Shown here one piece after another: positions 8,647 through 18,084 of a DNA stretch of 32,000 nt. A program made the position numbers and the translations under genes. The stretch lies in contig NC_008312.1 of the NCBI RefSeq assembly GCF_000014265.1, forward strand, positions 7,140,001 to 7,172,000, written 5' to 3'. The notes under the pieces are model-generated. The model saw only the letters and a program-made list of their open reading frames with translations. It was not told the origin of the DNA and did no database searches. The stretch's first letter is position 1; each line of letters opens with the position of its first letter. Origin of the DNA: Trichodesmium erythraeum IMS101. GTDB taxonomy: Bacteria > Cyanobacteriota > Cyanobacteriia > Cyanobacteriales > Microcoleaceae.

Positions 8647-10752
8647 ATGAGCCCTAATACAACAGTTACAAAAAAAACATTACTAATTGGTAAGGGATTA
8701 CCCCCTTTTGAATCTATAAAACCAGAAGATGTAGTACCCGCAATAACAGAATTACTGACAGAATTAGAAAAAGAACTAATCAACTTAGAATTAATAGTTA
8801 AACCAACTTGGAATGACCTAGTAGAACCTCTACAAAAATTAGAAGATCGTTTAACCTGGAGTTGGGGAATAGTAGGACATTTAATGGGAGTTAAAAATAA
8901 TCCTGAACTACGAAAAGCTTATGATCAAGTACAACCCAAAATAGTAGAGTTTATTAATAAACTAAATCAAAGTAAACCTCTTTATCAAACCTTTAAAAAT
9001 TTAAGTAATAGTGATAGCTGGCAAAACCTAGATTCAGGACAAAAACGTATAGTTGAAGCTGCCATCAAAGATGCAGAACTTTCAGGAGTAGGTTTAAAAG
9101 GAGAAAAACGAGAACACTTCAATGCTATTGAACTAGAACTAGCAGAACTTTCTACTAAATTTTCTAATAATGTTCTTGATGCTACCAAAGCTTTTAGCCT
9201 AATTTTAACTGAAAAAGAAGAAGTAGACGGTTTACCACCCAGTTTGTTAAGTCTAGCTGCTCAAGCTGCCAGAGATAATGGATCCGAGAATGCTACACCA
9301 GAAAACGGACCTTGGCGGATAACCCTCGACTCTCCCAGTTTTTTACCCTTCATGCAACACTGCAAAAGACGGCAGTTGCGAGAACAACTTTATAAAGCCT
9401 TTATTAGTCGTGCTTCTAGTGAGAAGTTAAACAACTATCCTTTAATTGAACGTATTCTGGAGCTACGTCAGCAAAAAACAGAAATTTTGGGCTTTAATAG
9501 TTATGCAGAATTGAGTCTTGCCAGTAAAATGGCTCCTAGTGTGGAAGCAGTAGAAAAGTTATTAGAAGAATTACGCAGTGTTAGTTATGATGCTGCAGTT
9601 AAAGACTTAGAAGAACTAAAACAGTTTGCTGCCAGCCAAAATGCACCAGAGGCCAAGGAGTTTAAACCCTGGGATATGAGCTTTTGGTCAGAAAGACTGC
9701 GAGAAGAAAAATTTTCCTTTACTACAGAAGAGTTGCGACCATATTTCCCCCTGCCACAGGTTCTTGATGGGTTATTTAGTTTAGTCAAGCGTATATTTGG
9801 CATTAATATTACTGCCGCAGATGGGGAAGCTCCAGTATGGCATGAAGATGTGCGCTATTTTAAAATTAGTGATGAAACAAACAGACCCATTGCCTATTTT
9901 TACCTTGATGCTTATAGTCGTCCTGCTGAAAAACGAGGTGGTGCATGGATGGATGACTGTATAAATCGTGCTAAAATTGTAGAGAATGGTCAAACTACTT
10001 TGCGTTTACCTGTAGCTTATTTACAATGTAATCAAACACCGCCTGTAGATGGTAAACCTAGTTTGATGAATTTTAGTGAGGTAGAAACTCTGTTCCATGA
10101 ATTTGGACATGGTTTACAACATATGCTGACAACAGTTGACTATGGAGGTGCTTCAGGTATTAATAACGTAGAGTGGGATGCGGTAGAGTTACCTAGTCAG
10201 TTTATGGAAAATTGGTGTTATGACCGCTCCACTTTATTCGGAATGGCGAAACATTATGAAACAGGGGAGGTTTTGCCAGAACATTATTATCAGAAACTTT
10301 TGGCTGCTAGAAATTATATGAGCGGTAGTGCGATGTTGCGCCAGTTGCATTTTGCTTTAGTTGATATTGAGCTCCATCACCGTTATCGACCAGCTGGGGA
10401 AGAAACAGTGCTAGATGTGCGTAAGCGTGTTGCTGAAACTACTACTGTTTTGGAACTATTGCCAGAAGACTCATTTTTATGTGCATTTGGGCATATTTTT
10501 GCTGGTGGTTATGCTGCCGGTTATTATAGTTATAAGTGGGCGGAGGTATTGAGTGCTGATGCTTTTGCCGCTTTTGAAGAGGCTGGTTTGGAAAATGAAC
10601 AGGCGATCGCTACTTGTGGTCAGCAGTTTAGGGATACAGTTTTAGCTTTGGGCGGGAGTCTGCATCCGATGGAGGTATTTAAAACTTTCCGAGGTCGAGA
10701 ACCTAGTACTGAACCTTTGTTAAGGCATAGTGGTTTGGTAGCTACAGCTTAA
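8647..10752 (+). CDS. prlC: Oligopeptidase A, M3-family zinc metallopeptidase
   Basis: 701 aa with the zincin motif in TLFHEFGHGLQHMLT and the downstream E in VEWDAVELPSQFMENW. Length and overall layout fit the PrlC/Dcp M3 family. Confidence 0.88.
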   Translation: MSPNTTVTKKTLLIGKGLPPFESIKPEDVVPAITELLTELEKELINLELIVKPTWNDLVEPLQKLEDRLTWSWGIVGHLMGVKNNPELRKAYDQVQPKIVEFINKLNQSKPLYQTFKNLSNSDSWQNLDSGQKRIVEAAIKDAELSGVGLKGEKREHFNAIELELAELSTKFSNNVLDATKAFSLILTEKEEVDGLPPSLLSLAAQAARDNGSENATPENGPWRITLDSPSFLPFMQHCKRRQLREQLYKAFISRASSEKLNNYPLIERILELRQQKTEILGFNSYAELSLASKMAPSVEAVEKLLEELRSVSYDAAVKDLEELKQFAASQNAPEAKEFKPWDMSFWSERLREEKFSFTTEELRPYFPLPQVLDGLFSLVKRIFGINITAADGEAPVWHEDVRYFKISDETNRPIAYFYLDAYSRPAEKRGGAWMDDCINRAKIVENGQTTLRLPVAYLQCNQTPPVDGKPSLMNFSEVETLFHEFGHGLQHMLTTVDYGGASGINNVEWDAVELPSQFMENWCYDRSTLFGMAKHYETGEVLPEHYYQKLLAARNYMSGSAMLRQLHFALVDIELHHRYRPAGEETVLDVRKRVAETTTVLELLPEDSFLCAFGHIFAGGYAAGYYSYKWAEVLSADAFAAFEEAGLENEQAIATCGQQFRDTVLALGGSLHPMEVFKTFRGREPSTEPLLRHSGLVATA

Positions 10753-10877
10753 ATTATAGAGCTTAAGAGCAAGTTTAGAACACACTCCTAAGAACAAAAA
10801 CCTTTATAGAGATTTTCAATAGAACGTCTCTACTATAGTTTACTTCAGTGAAAACTGCTATAATTTAAAATTTATAG

Positions 10878-10939
10878 GGTGTGTGACGGCATCTTTTGTT
10901 AGATGTTGGTTTTTTTAGCTGTCTTTAACGTCACACACC
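10878..10939. repeat. Long inverted repeat with an 11-bp perfect stem, downstream of prlC
   Basis: GGTGTGTGACG (10878-10888) and CGTCACACACC (10929-10939) are separated by a 40-nt U/T-rich loop. The structure resembles small dispersed palindromic elements rather than a compact intrinsic terminator. Confidence 0.55.
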
Positions 10940-11652
10940 ATTAAAATCATTATGTGTCAGGGTTTTTCAATTAAGTTAACTATAAAACCTTTATTGCTTT
11001 AGGGAGACCTTAAACTTTTTGTTTGTAGTAGGGTCTTAGTCCTCGAAATATCTATCTTAGGGTTAAAACTTTATTTGAGCAGAGCAAGTGCAGCAGCTAT
11101 ATCGCCACAGAGTAGTCGCGATCAATTAATAATTTTATAGTTATTCTATTGTAACAATATTTTGGGAAATTGGTATAACAGACAAAAAGAGACTGAATTT
11201 TTTCGTGTAAGGTGAACCATAGTTTGGAGGTAATTTATATTTAAAAGACATATTATTGGTTCCAAGCGATCGCTCCTTCAATGTAGGAATTTTTAACCTT
11301 TGGCTGAGAATTTTCAGGACTTTTGCATGCTACACTATATTTGGCGGATAACAATTTGACAATTTTATAACTTTATGGGTGCCCTGCTAACGCCACTGGG
11401 AGTTAATACTTAACTATTTTTATTCTAAAAACCTTCAGTTATTCAAGTTAAAATTTATCTCATTTTAATTCAAAGACATTTCAATTCTGAGGTCAGAGCG
11501 ATATAATAAGAATCCTTTTTATCATGTTTTTAAAGACTCTTTAGCAGTTGGCAACAGTTGAAATAGACACCTCTGAAAACTAATTGTCAACAGAGGTAGT
11601 CTAAGGGTTTGAAATTAATTATCGGACATATCTAATAGTCTTAGGGTAGACT

Positions 11653-12249
11653 TTACCTTAAATTTAACAAAATATTAACAGTCTCATCTAAATCTTTTCC
11701 AAAACAAATAATCCCATCCTCATGACCAGCCATTACTAATATTTTTTCTACTCCTAAATTCTCTTCATCAAATAAACGAAATATTTCTTTTGCCATTTGT
11801 GGAGTACCATAAGGAACATCTGGACTAGAAGTAGGAACTTTAAACATAAGTTTTTGCCAAAGCTGATAATTATGAATATGAATAATACCCATAATTTCAG
11901 GTTTATAATAATATATAGCGGCATGAGTTAAAGACTCAGAAGAAGCCTTAATAGGTCCGCAACAAGTTAGGCTATTTTCCTCTATATTAAAATCAGTAAC
12001 AACTGTATAATATTCCGGTTTTAAAGTTGAGATATGACCAGTTTGAGTCCCAGAAATTATAAACTGATTGGAATTATTTATTCTCTGACTAACATTACCA
12101 AAACCAATGCCATTGTCATAAATACCAATTAATCCTAAGGAATGCATTAAGTCGCGTTTTTTCATTAAATCAGTGATAGGAGCGATCGCCACAGATTCTC
12201 CTTTTATCCAATCACAATGATATTTAATTACTCCCTCATCCATAACCAT
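11653..12249 (-). CDS. Class II aldolase/adducin-fold family protein (small, MtnB-like fold)
   Basis: 198 aa. The blocks GNVSQRI....FIISGTQTG, SSESLTHAAIY, IIHIHN and VMAGHEDGIICFGKDLDE parallel the GN.S...SG, PS.E...H, HxH and HG..(F/W)G blocks of class II aldolase-fold enzymes. Confidence 0.65.
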   Translation of the reverse strand: MVMDEGVIKYHCDWIKGESVAIAPITDLMKKRDLMHSLGLIGIYDNGIGFGNVSQRINNSNQFIISGTQTGHISTLKPEYYTVVTDFNIEENSLTCCGPIKASSESLTHAAIYYYKPEIMGIIHIHNYQLWQKLMFKVPTSSPDVPYGTPQMAKEIFRLFDEENLGVEKILVMAGHEDGIICFGKDLDETVNILLNLR

Positions 12250-12571
12250 AAACTTAATAATTAAAATAATGTAGATTTGGTCTCAGAAAAAAACCCAATA
12301 AATTCGAGTAAAAAGCCAGCTTATAGTTAGGTTTTAGCCCACTTTAATGTATCATATCAATTGTTAGTATAAACGAAATATAATACTTGTTAGATTAATA
12401 AGCTATTTTATAGTTTAGCTTTAACCAAGTCTAGTGTATCATATTAATAGGGATATCTATTAGCCTGATTTTTTATTAATTAGGAATTTTTAGTTATTTA
12501 TGCATAATTCCTTTCTTTTAAGAAATATTTAAACTACTCTAGAGTTAAACTTTTGAGCCCATAATAAAATC

Positions 12572-12620
12572 TTAAAATTTTAAATTTTGACTGTTAACTT
12601 CCGTGAAATGAGATAAGTCA
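12572..12620. repeat. STRR-like run plus a CGTGAAA..TAAGTC tail, second copy of the module at 5176-5221
   Basis: The sequence is TTAAAATTTTAAATTTTGACTGTTAACTTCCGTGAAATGAGATAAGTC. It shares TTTTGACT, CGTGAAA and TAAGTC, in the same order, with 5197-5221. Confidence 0.5.
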
Positions 12621-12817
12621 ATGTTCTTCACCATTGTGAGAATTGCTATATAACAGTTTTAATTTAGAATATTTTCTACTCCAACTACATTTTTTATTAC
12701 TGCCTGAACAATAATTATTCTATACTGTAATCTCCATTATAGAGCATTAGAAATATTAATATAACCCTGCTGTGGAGGTTGCCTAATTATTTTCTCAGCT
12801 AGAACTTTACGTCCTAT

Positions 12818-13297
12818 TTAATCTAAAGGGAGATTACTATATTCCAAAAATCCTATTACATCATCTTGATTACCATTACCACTGATAATTTCTATTAAAC
12901 CCCGTATAGTTTGATAATTTCCCGTTCTTGCCTTTGCTACAAAAATCGCGTTTTGAATATTAAAACTTCCTGCCTGTAATTCGCAATTATCTATTTTTTT
13001 AGATACAAAAATAAGTAAATTATAACCTAACCCATAAACTTTTTGACTAGCATCTTAAAACGGACAAGATGATTGTGGTTGTCCTATATATTTTACCTTT
13101 AAATCTACTTCTAATTCCGGAAAATCTATGCCACTAGCTGCACTGCCTGGAGTATATAAATACTTCTTTCCTAAATAGTTAGTTCCCACTGCTTTACCAT
13201 CAGTAATACCATACAAATCAAAAATTATAGTAACACTTAAATCTCTCACAAAAGTTATGGTCTCCGTTTTAAATAATAATAGAGTAAGTTCTTTCAT
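12818..13297 (-). pseudogene. PD-(D/E)XK type II restriction-endonuclease-like gene interrupted by a single in-frame TAA
   Basis: Track ORF 13055..13297 (80 aa) ends at a TAA (plus-strand TTA at 13055-13057). The same frame continues for 78 more codons (DASQKVYGLGYNLLIFVSKKIDNCELQAGSFNIQNAIFVAKARTGNYQTIRGLIEIISGNGNQDDVIGFLEYSNLPLD) to the stop at 12818-12820. The total is 160 codons, so the frame is preserved. GIDFPELEVDLKV gives D-x6-D-x-K, the same spacing as the MutH/Sau3AI-type D-x6-E-x-K catalytic motif. It starts 18 bp downstream of the C5 methyltransferase on the same strand. Confidence 0.55.
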
Positions 13298-13315
13298 ATA
13301 TTGATAAATATTGAA

Positions 13316-14557
13316 TTAACTAAATAACGTTAACTGTTGCCAAGTTTGAGGCTTAAATCTAAAGTTTTGTCTGCCAATTCTTTTACATATCCATTCTACA
13401 CAATCAGGCACAACCGAATTACCATATAAAGCATATTGGTGATAAATTTTAACAACTCGACACCAATTATCAGGAAATCCCATTAAACGAGCATATTCAA
13501 TATTAGTTAAACGACGAAATTTATTACCTACTTGATATCTTTCATAATGCCTAGAAGTAGAAGAAGTTAATGTAGAAGTAACTCCATTAATGCCAAATAT
13601 TGTATAGCCAAGACGCGCTCCTCCACCTTGATTATATAATATTTCCACACCATTATAATATCTATTTACTGCTTTACTCTGTTTGATTCTTTCTAGGGTT
13701 TCAGAAGTAAAATAAAATTGTGGGTTTATTTCTGATTCATATTGTAGAATATCTTTAAGTTTTTGTCTGGGTTTTATATCAGCCATTAAAGGCAAAGATT
13801 GACTATACATTTGATTTTGATAAGCAATACCCCAGTGATAGTTTTTACTACTAAAATCAATAATAGCCTTCATATATTGTTCTATTTCGCTATTTTCATT
13901 CCAAGGTAAACTCTGAATATCATTATCTGTTAAAAATACAGAAAGGTTTTCTAGATCGAGAGTTTTTTGTGTAGACTTAATACAAGTACCAAAAATAAAA
14001 ATTCTGTCTCGGTTCTGGGGAATACTAAAATTTATAGGGTTAATGATTCGCCATTCAATAAAGTAGTCTAACGAAGCAAGGGCATTTAAAATAATTCGGA
14101 AATGATACCCTTTTTCCATAGTCAAAATTCTTTTAACATTTTCTAATAAAAAATATTTCGGCTTTTTAGCTTGGATAATTTCAATAATTCGTTCAAAAAG
14201 TGTTCCCCTGAGTCTATCTCTAATTCCCATTTTTTTACCAGCTTGACTAAATGGTTGACAGGGAAATCCCGCTGTTAAAATATCGTGTTCTGGAATTTCT
14301 AATAAATTAATTTTATTAATATCATCTAAGACTATTGAACTACTACCAAAATTACTTTGATAAACTTGACAACAAAGTTTACTAACATCATTCGCCCAAA
14401 TAGTCTTAATATTCGCAGCCCTCATTCCCAAACAAAAGCCACCTATTCCAGCAAATAATTCTATGGCTTTTAGTCTATTTTGAGTCAACTTTATTCTCCC
14501 TTTTAGCCAGACAGAAATATAAAAAGCCCTGTAAATGTAGAGTATAAATTTCTCCAT
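13316..14557 (-). CDS. DNA (cytosine-5)-methyltransferase (Dcm-type, type II M subunit)
   Basis: The canonical C5-MTase motifs appear in order: I IELFAGIGGF, IV GFPCQPFS, VI FLLENVKR, VIII QNRDRIFIFG, then a variable TRD, then X LYGNSVVP. The first about 25 residues (MEKFILYIYRAFYISVWLKGRIK) look non-native. A TTG at 14488 (then TQNRLKAIELFAG) is an alternative start. Confidence 0.88.
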   Translation of the reverse strand: MEKFILYIYRAFYISVWLKGRIKLTQNRLKAIELFAGIGGFCLGMRAANIKTIWANDVSKLCCQVYQSNFGSSSIVLDDINKINLLEIPEHDILTAGFPCQPFSQAGKKMGIRDRLRGTLFERIIEIIQAKKPKYFLLENVKRILTMEKGYHFRIILNALASLDYFIEWRIINPINFSIPQNRDRIFIFGTCIKSTQKTLDLENLSVFLTDNDIQSLPWNENSEIEQYMKAIIDFSSKNYHWGIAYQNQMYSQSLPLMADIKPRQKLKDILQYESEINPQFYFTSETLERIKQSKAVNRYYNGVEILYNQGGGARLGYTIFGINGVTSTLTSSTSRHYERYQVGNKFRRLTNIEYARLMGFPDNWCRVVKIYHQYALYGNSVVPDCVEWICKRIGRQNFRFKPQTWQQLTLFS

Positions 14558-15013
14558 TTTTTACACACTTTGATACCAACGAGACTTACGGACTCCTCCA
14601 ACAAAGTGTTCATGAGCTTTGTCCTTATATACTTCAGTAAAGGTGCTAAGAGCAAGGATTGAAATGCTTGATCATTTAATCAGAGTTAATACCCTTAGTA
14701 ACTTATCCTGTTTTAAGGCCCGTTCAATATTTAGTATTTCTAAGCGCTAATTTTTTCTTGACATATGTTACTTTTTTTCCAAACAATTCTATTATATAGA
14801 ACCTGCTTAGGAGCTATGTAAAATTTGAAATAAATTGTTAAATCTAGCTTCTATCAAAAAAACTTTTCAGGTTATTTTGATACGATTCCTTATATAATAT
14901 ATATTTATAACTCTATAGTAATTTCAATATTTTATCTCCTTAACTCCCTCTTTTCCCAGGATCTCCAACAACTCTAATAAGTATTAAACAAATTTGAGTC
15001 AGAGATTACTTCT

Positions 15014-15055
15014 AAGTTATGAGTTATAAGTTATGAGTTCTCAATTCTAATTCTA
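15014..15055. repeat. STRR-like heptamer run directly after the omp85 stop codon
   Basis: The run is AAGTTAT GAGTTAT AAGTTAT GAGTTCT CAATTCT AATTCT, abutting the stop (plus-strand TTA at 15056). Confidence 0.6.
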
Positions 15056-18000
15056 TTAAAAGCGCTCACCAATACCAAAGTGGAAACGAGTGTCACCTTC
15101 ATCATTAATAGCATAATCAATTCTAATCGGACCCAGAGGAGAATTCACCCGGAGACCACCACCATAACCTATGCCATCTCCTGGCTTCTCCCGCACACCT
15201 CCAGGATTACCAATAACAGATCTTTGACTATCAAATACTGTTGCAGCATCAACAAATAAAGCACCACCAAGAAATTTAAATACAGGAAAGCGATACTCAA
15301 CAGTTCCTAAGACAAAAGTACGACCTGCTGCCACCGAACCCTCATCATATCCACGGACTGTATTAGTACCACCCAGAGCAAAAGCTTCATAAGGAGGTAA
15401 GTCTCCTATTATATGGCCTGCTTGTATATTAAAAGCTAAAGCTTGAGGTCCATCAGTAAAGTTAATAAAACTTACTGGAATAAAATAACTGAAATTACCC
15501 CGCAAACGATTCAAACCAATTTCTCCTGAGCCTACAGGAATAGACTGTTCTGCACCAAACCGCAACAAACTACCAGAAGTAGGTTGTCGGGGATTATTGC
15601 GTCGATCATTGACAATACCAAATTGAATAGTGAATAGATCATCTTTCCCAGAATCATCGACTGTCAATTTATTGCCCAACTCATCTCTAGGTTCAACTTC
15701 ACCATCACGATCCTGAATTTCCACCCGTTCATATTTTAATCCCAGAGAAGCAGTCCAATCTGGATCAACAAATGGATTAGGGATAAACGGACGAGTAAAA
15801 CTAACCCCACCTCCTGTACGAATAACTCGTGGGTTATCACCATTAGGCAAATCGACATCACGCTGATCGTCATCATCGGAATCAAAAATCACTGAAATAG
15901 TTCGCCGTCTGAAGGCATTCACCGTGTAAGAGAGTCGATGATCGTCTCCACCGATCCAAGGATCTGTAAAACTAACATCTGCTAATACTAATCGTTCACC
16001 AACCTGAAATTCACCACCTAATTTTTGGTTATTACCACCAATATTTTGTTGTTGATAACTTACTGTACCAAACAACCCACTTGCAGAACTAACCCCACCA
16101 CCAAATGCAAGAGAACCGGTACTTTTCTCTACAATATTCACAACAATAACTGCCGTATTAGGATCATCTGGTGCTGGTTCTAACCCCAATCTCACATCTT
16201 CAAAAATTCCTAAATCAAACACTCTTCTAATGTCTTTTTCTGCAGTCTGTCGCTGAAATATATCTCCTGTTTTCAGTTCAATTTCTCTAGTGATAATATA
16301 TTCACGAGTACGACCTTTTATGACATTACCTTCTTCATCTACTGTTTCTCCTTCTGAATTTAGGAAGCGTACCTGAATATCTTTAATTTTTCCCTCTGCA
16401 ACTTCTAAGGTAACTGTACCATCATCACCAACTTGGGGCGCACCAATAACTTGTCCAAGAACATAACCATTGTCTTGATACCATTGGTCGACTTGTTCAA
16501 CACCTTGTTCAAAAACTTTCAAGTTCAAAGTTTCACCATATTGCTCATTGAATATTCTCTCTGTTTCACTCTCAGGAAATACTTCTGCACCCTCTATTAT
16601 TACAGAAGTCAATATAGGGTTTGGTTCGACTTTAAAAATAATTCTTACACCTAGAGGAGTATCTTCAGGTATTGCTTTCACATTTTGGAAGAAACCAGTA
16701 GCAAAAATAGCGTTAATATCTTTTTGTAGTTGAGAGCGAGTGGTTGTTTCTCCTGGTTGAGTGTTAATGACTCGGTAAACTTCATCTTGGAGTTCTCCGT
16801 CTACTCCAGTAACTACAACTTCGGCTACTAGCACTAGGGGTTCTTCTTCCTCTGTAGAGGTTTGTGCTTGTTGTGATTGAGGGGAAATATATTTTTCTGA
16901 TTCTGTAACTATTTCCGTAGTGGGAATATTGGCAGTAAACTGTTTATTTACTAAAGGTTCAGATTTAGTTTCTGTTGATTTTGACAAAACCACATTCTGA
17001 GAATCAAGACTCTCCTTCTCAACTATTTTTCCTTGAGGAATATTGGCAATAAACTGTTTATTTACTAAAGGTTCAGATTTAGTTTCTGTTGATTTTGATA
17101 AAACCACATTCTGAGAATCAAGACTCTCCTTCTCAACTATTTTTCCTTGAGGAATATTGGCAATAAACTGTTTATTTACTAAAGGTTCAGATTTAGTTTC
17201 TGTTGATTTTGACAAAACCATATTCTGAGAATCAAGACTCTCCTTCTCAACTATTTTTCCTTGAGGAATATTGGCAATAAACTGTTTATTTACTAAAGGT
17301 TCAGATTTAGTTTCTGTTGATTTTGACAAAACCATATTCTGAGAATCAAGACTCTCCTTCTCAACTATTTTTCCTTGAGGAATATTGGCAATAAACTGTT
17401 TATTTACTAAAGATTCAGATTTAGTTTCTGTTGATTTTGACAAAACCACATTCTGAGAATTTTGACTATTATTCTCAACTATTTTTCCTTGAGGAATAGT
17501 TGCAGTAAATTGTTTATTTATTAAAGGTTCAGATTTAGTTTCTGTTGATTTTGACAAAACCAATTTCTGAAAATTTTGATTCCTATTGTTAAACATTTCC
17601 AGATTAGAAATGCTGACAGAAAATTGTTTATTTACTAAAAATTCAGATTTAGTTTTTGTTGATTTATTAGTTAGGATTAGTTGAGGATTTTCTAGATTTT
17701 CCAAAACATACAAATCCCAAAAATTAGCCAATTCTTTCTTATAAATAGAAGATGATTTTGTAATTTCTTTGATCTTTAATAAATTATCAAAATCTAACTT
17801 TATTTCTGCCTCCGACCAAGACTTACTCAACAAGTTATTCCTACTAACAAATAATTTTTGTGAAGGGAAACTTGATCCTAAATCTAAAAAAGATTTGGTA
17901 GAAAAAAGTTTAGCAAACTGTGTTTTTGAATTAACTGATATAAAAACTAAATCAGTATCTACACTACTCCCAAATATTTGAGCATTAGCAGACTTTGAGA

Positions 18001-18082
18001 TTCCAAAAGTTGTTAAAGCCGCAAAAATGGCCACTAAAAACGGATACAAGCACATATAATTACTATCCCGTACAATCCACAC
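15056..18082 (-). CDS. Omp85/BamA-family outer-membrane protein (cyanobacterial Toc75-like) with a long repetitive N-terminal extension
   Basis: The C-terminal about 600 aa show POTRA-like segments (LVAEVVVTGVDGELQDEVYRVINTQPGE..., ILTSVIIEGAEVFPESE..., IKDIQVRFLN...) and a beta-barrel ending in the aromatic residue typical of outer-membrane proteins (...RFHFGIGERF). The track start is GTG at 18082. The ATG at 18055 gives MCLYPFLVAIFAALTTFGISKSANAQ, a plausible signal peptide, so the real start may be 18055. Confidence 0.85.
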   Translation of the reverse strand: MWIVRDSNYMCLYPFLVAIFAALTTFGISKSANAQIFGSSVDTDLVFISVNSKTQFAKLFSTKSFLDLGSSFPSQKLFVSRNNLLSKSWSEAEIKLDFDNLLKIKEITKSSSIYKKELANFWDLYVLENLENPQLILTNKSTKTKSEFLVNKQFSVSISNLEMFNNRNQNFQKLVLSKSTETKSEPLINKQFTATIPQGKIVENNSQNSQNVVLSKSTETKSESLVNKQFIANIPQGKIVEKESLDSQNMVLSKSTETKSEPLVNKQFIANIPQGKIVEKESLDSQNMVLSKSTETKSEPLVNKQFIANIPQGKIVEKESLDSQNVVLSKSTETKSEPLVNKQFIANIPQGKIVEKESLDSQNVVLSKSTETKSEPLVNKQFTANIPTTEIVTESEKYISPQSQQAQTSTEEEEPLVLVAEVVVTGVDGELQDEVYRVINTQPGETTTRSQLQKDINAIFATGFFQNVKAIPEDTPLGVRIIFKVEPNPILTSVIIEGAEVFPESETERIFNEQYGETLNLKVFEQGVEQVDQWYQDNGYVLGQVIGAPQVGDDGTVTLEVAEGKIKDIQVRFLNSEGETVDEEGNVIKGRTREYIITREIELKTGDIFQRQTAEKDIRRVFDLGIFEDVRLGLEPAPDDPNTAVIVVNIVEKSTGSLAFGGGVSSASGLFGTVSYQQQNIGGNNQKLGGEFQVGERLVLADVSFTDPWIGGDDHRLSYTVNAFRRRTISVIFDSDDDDQRDVDLPNGDNPRVIRTGGGVSFTRPFIPNPFVDPDWTASLGLKYERVEIQDRDGEVEPRDELGNKLTVDDSGKDDLFTIQFGIVNDRRNNPRQPTSGSLLRFGAEQSIPVGSGEIGLNRLRGNFSYFIPVSFINFTDGPQALAFNIQAGHIIGDLPPYEAFALGGTNTVRGYDEGSVAAGRTFVLGTVEYRFPVFKFLGGALFVDAATVFDSQRSVIGNPGGVREKPGDGIGYGGGLRVNSPLGPIRIDYAINDEGDTRFHFGIGERF
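16915..17680. repeat. In-frame 114-bp (38-aa) tandem repeat array inside omp85, about 7 units
   Basis: The period is confirmed by TATTGGCA at 16927, 17041 and onward (+114). Five central units are almost identical at the DNA level, encoding VLSKSTETKSEPLVNKQFIANIPQGKIVEKESLDSQN(V/M). The flanking units are diverged (..TKTKSEFLVNKQFSVSISNLEMF.. and ..FTANIPTTEIVTESEKY..). Confidence 0.9.
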
Positions 18083-18084
18083 AC

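Noticed and set aside
8985-9993. Minus-strand ORFs 8985..9188, 9585..9803 and 9781..9993 inside prlC
   Set aside because: They are antisense shadows of a strongly supported 701-aa M3 peptidase gene. They have low-complexity or odd composition and no start context.
12818-13297. The small ORF next to the Dcm-type methyltransferase as a Vsr very-short-patch repair endonuclease
   Set aside because: The translation lacks resemblance to Vsr as I remember it, having no F.HGC.WH-type block. It carries a MutH-like D-x6-D-x-K motif instead.
14558-14700. A minus-strand frame ending one codon before the methyltransferase ATG (..STFTEVYKDKAHEHFVGGVRKSRWYQSV*), as a possible controller or third R-M gene
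   Set aside because: It has no start codon, since the frame opens right after a TGA, and I recognise no family. It is probably a relic. I noted it but cannot support it as a feature.
16915-17680. The 114-bp repeats as a CRISPR array
   Set aside because: The units are contiguous with no spacers, are in frame, and lie inside a coding sequence.
16433-17981. Plus-strand ORFs 16433..16654, 16548..16733 and 17769..17981 inside omp85
   Set aside because: They are antisense to the Omp85 coding frame and have AT-rich codon noise.
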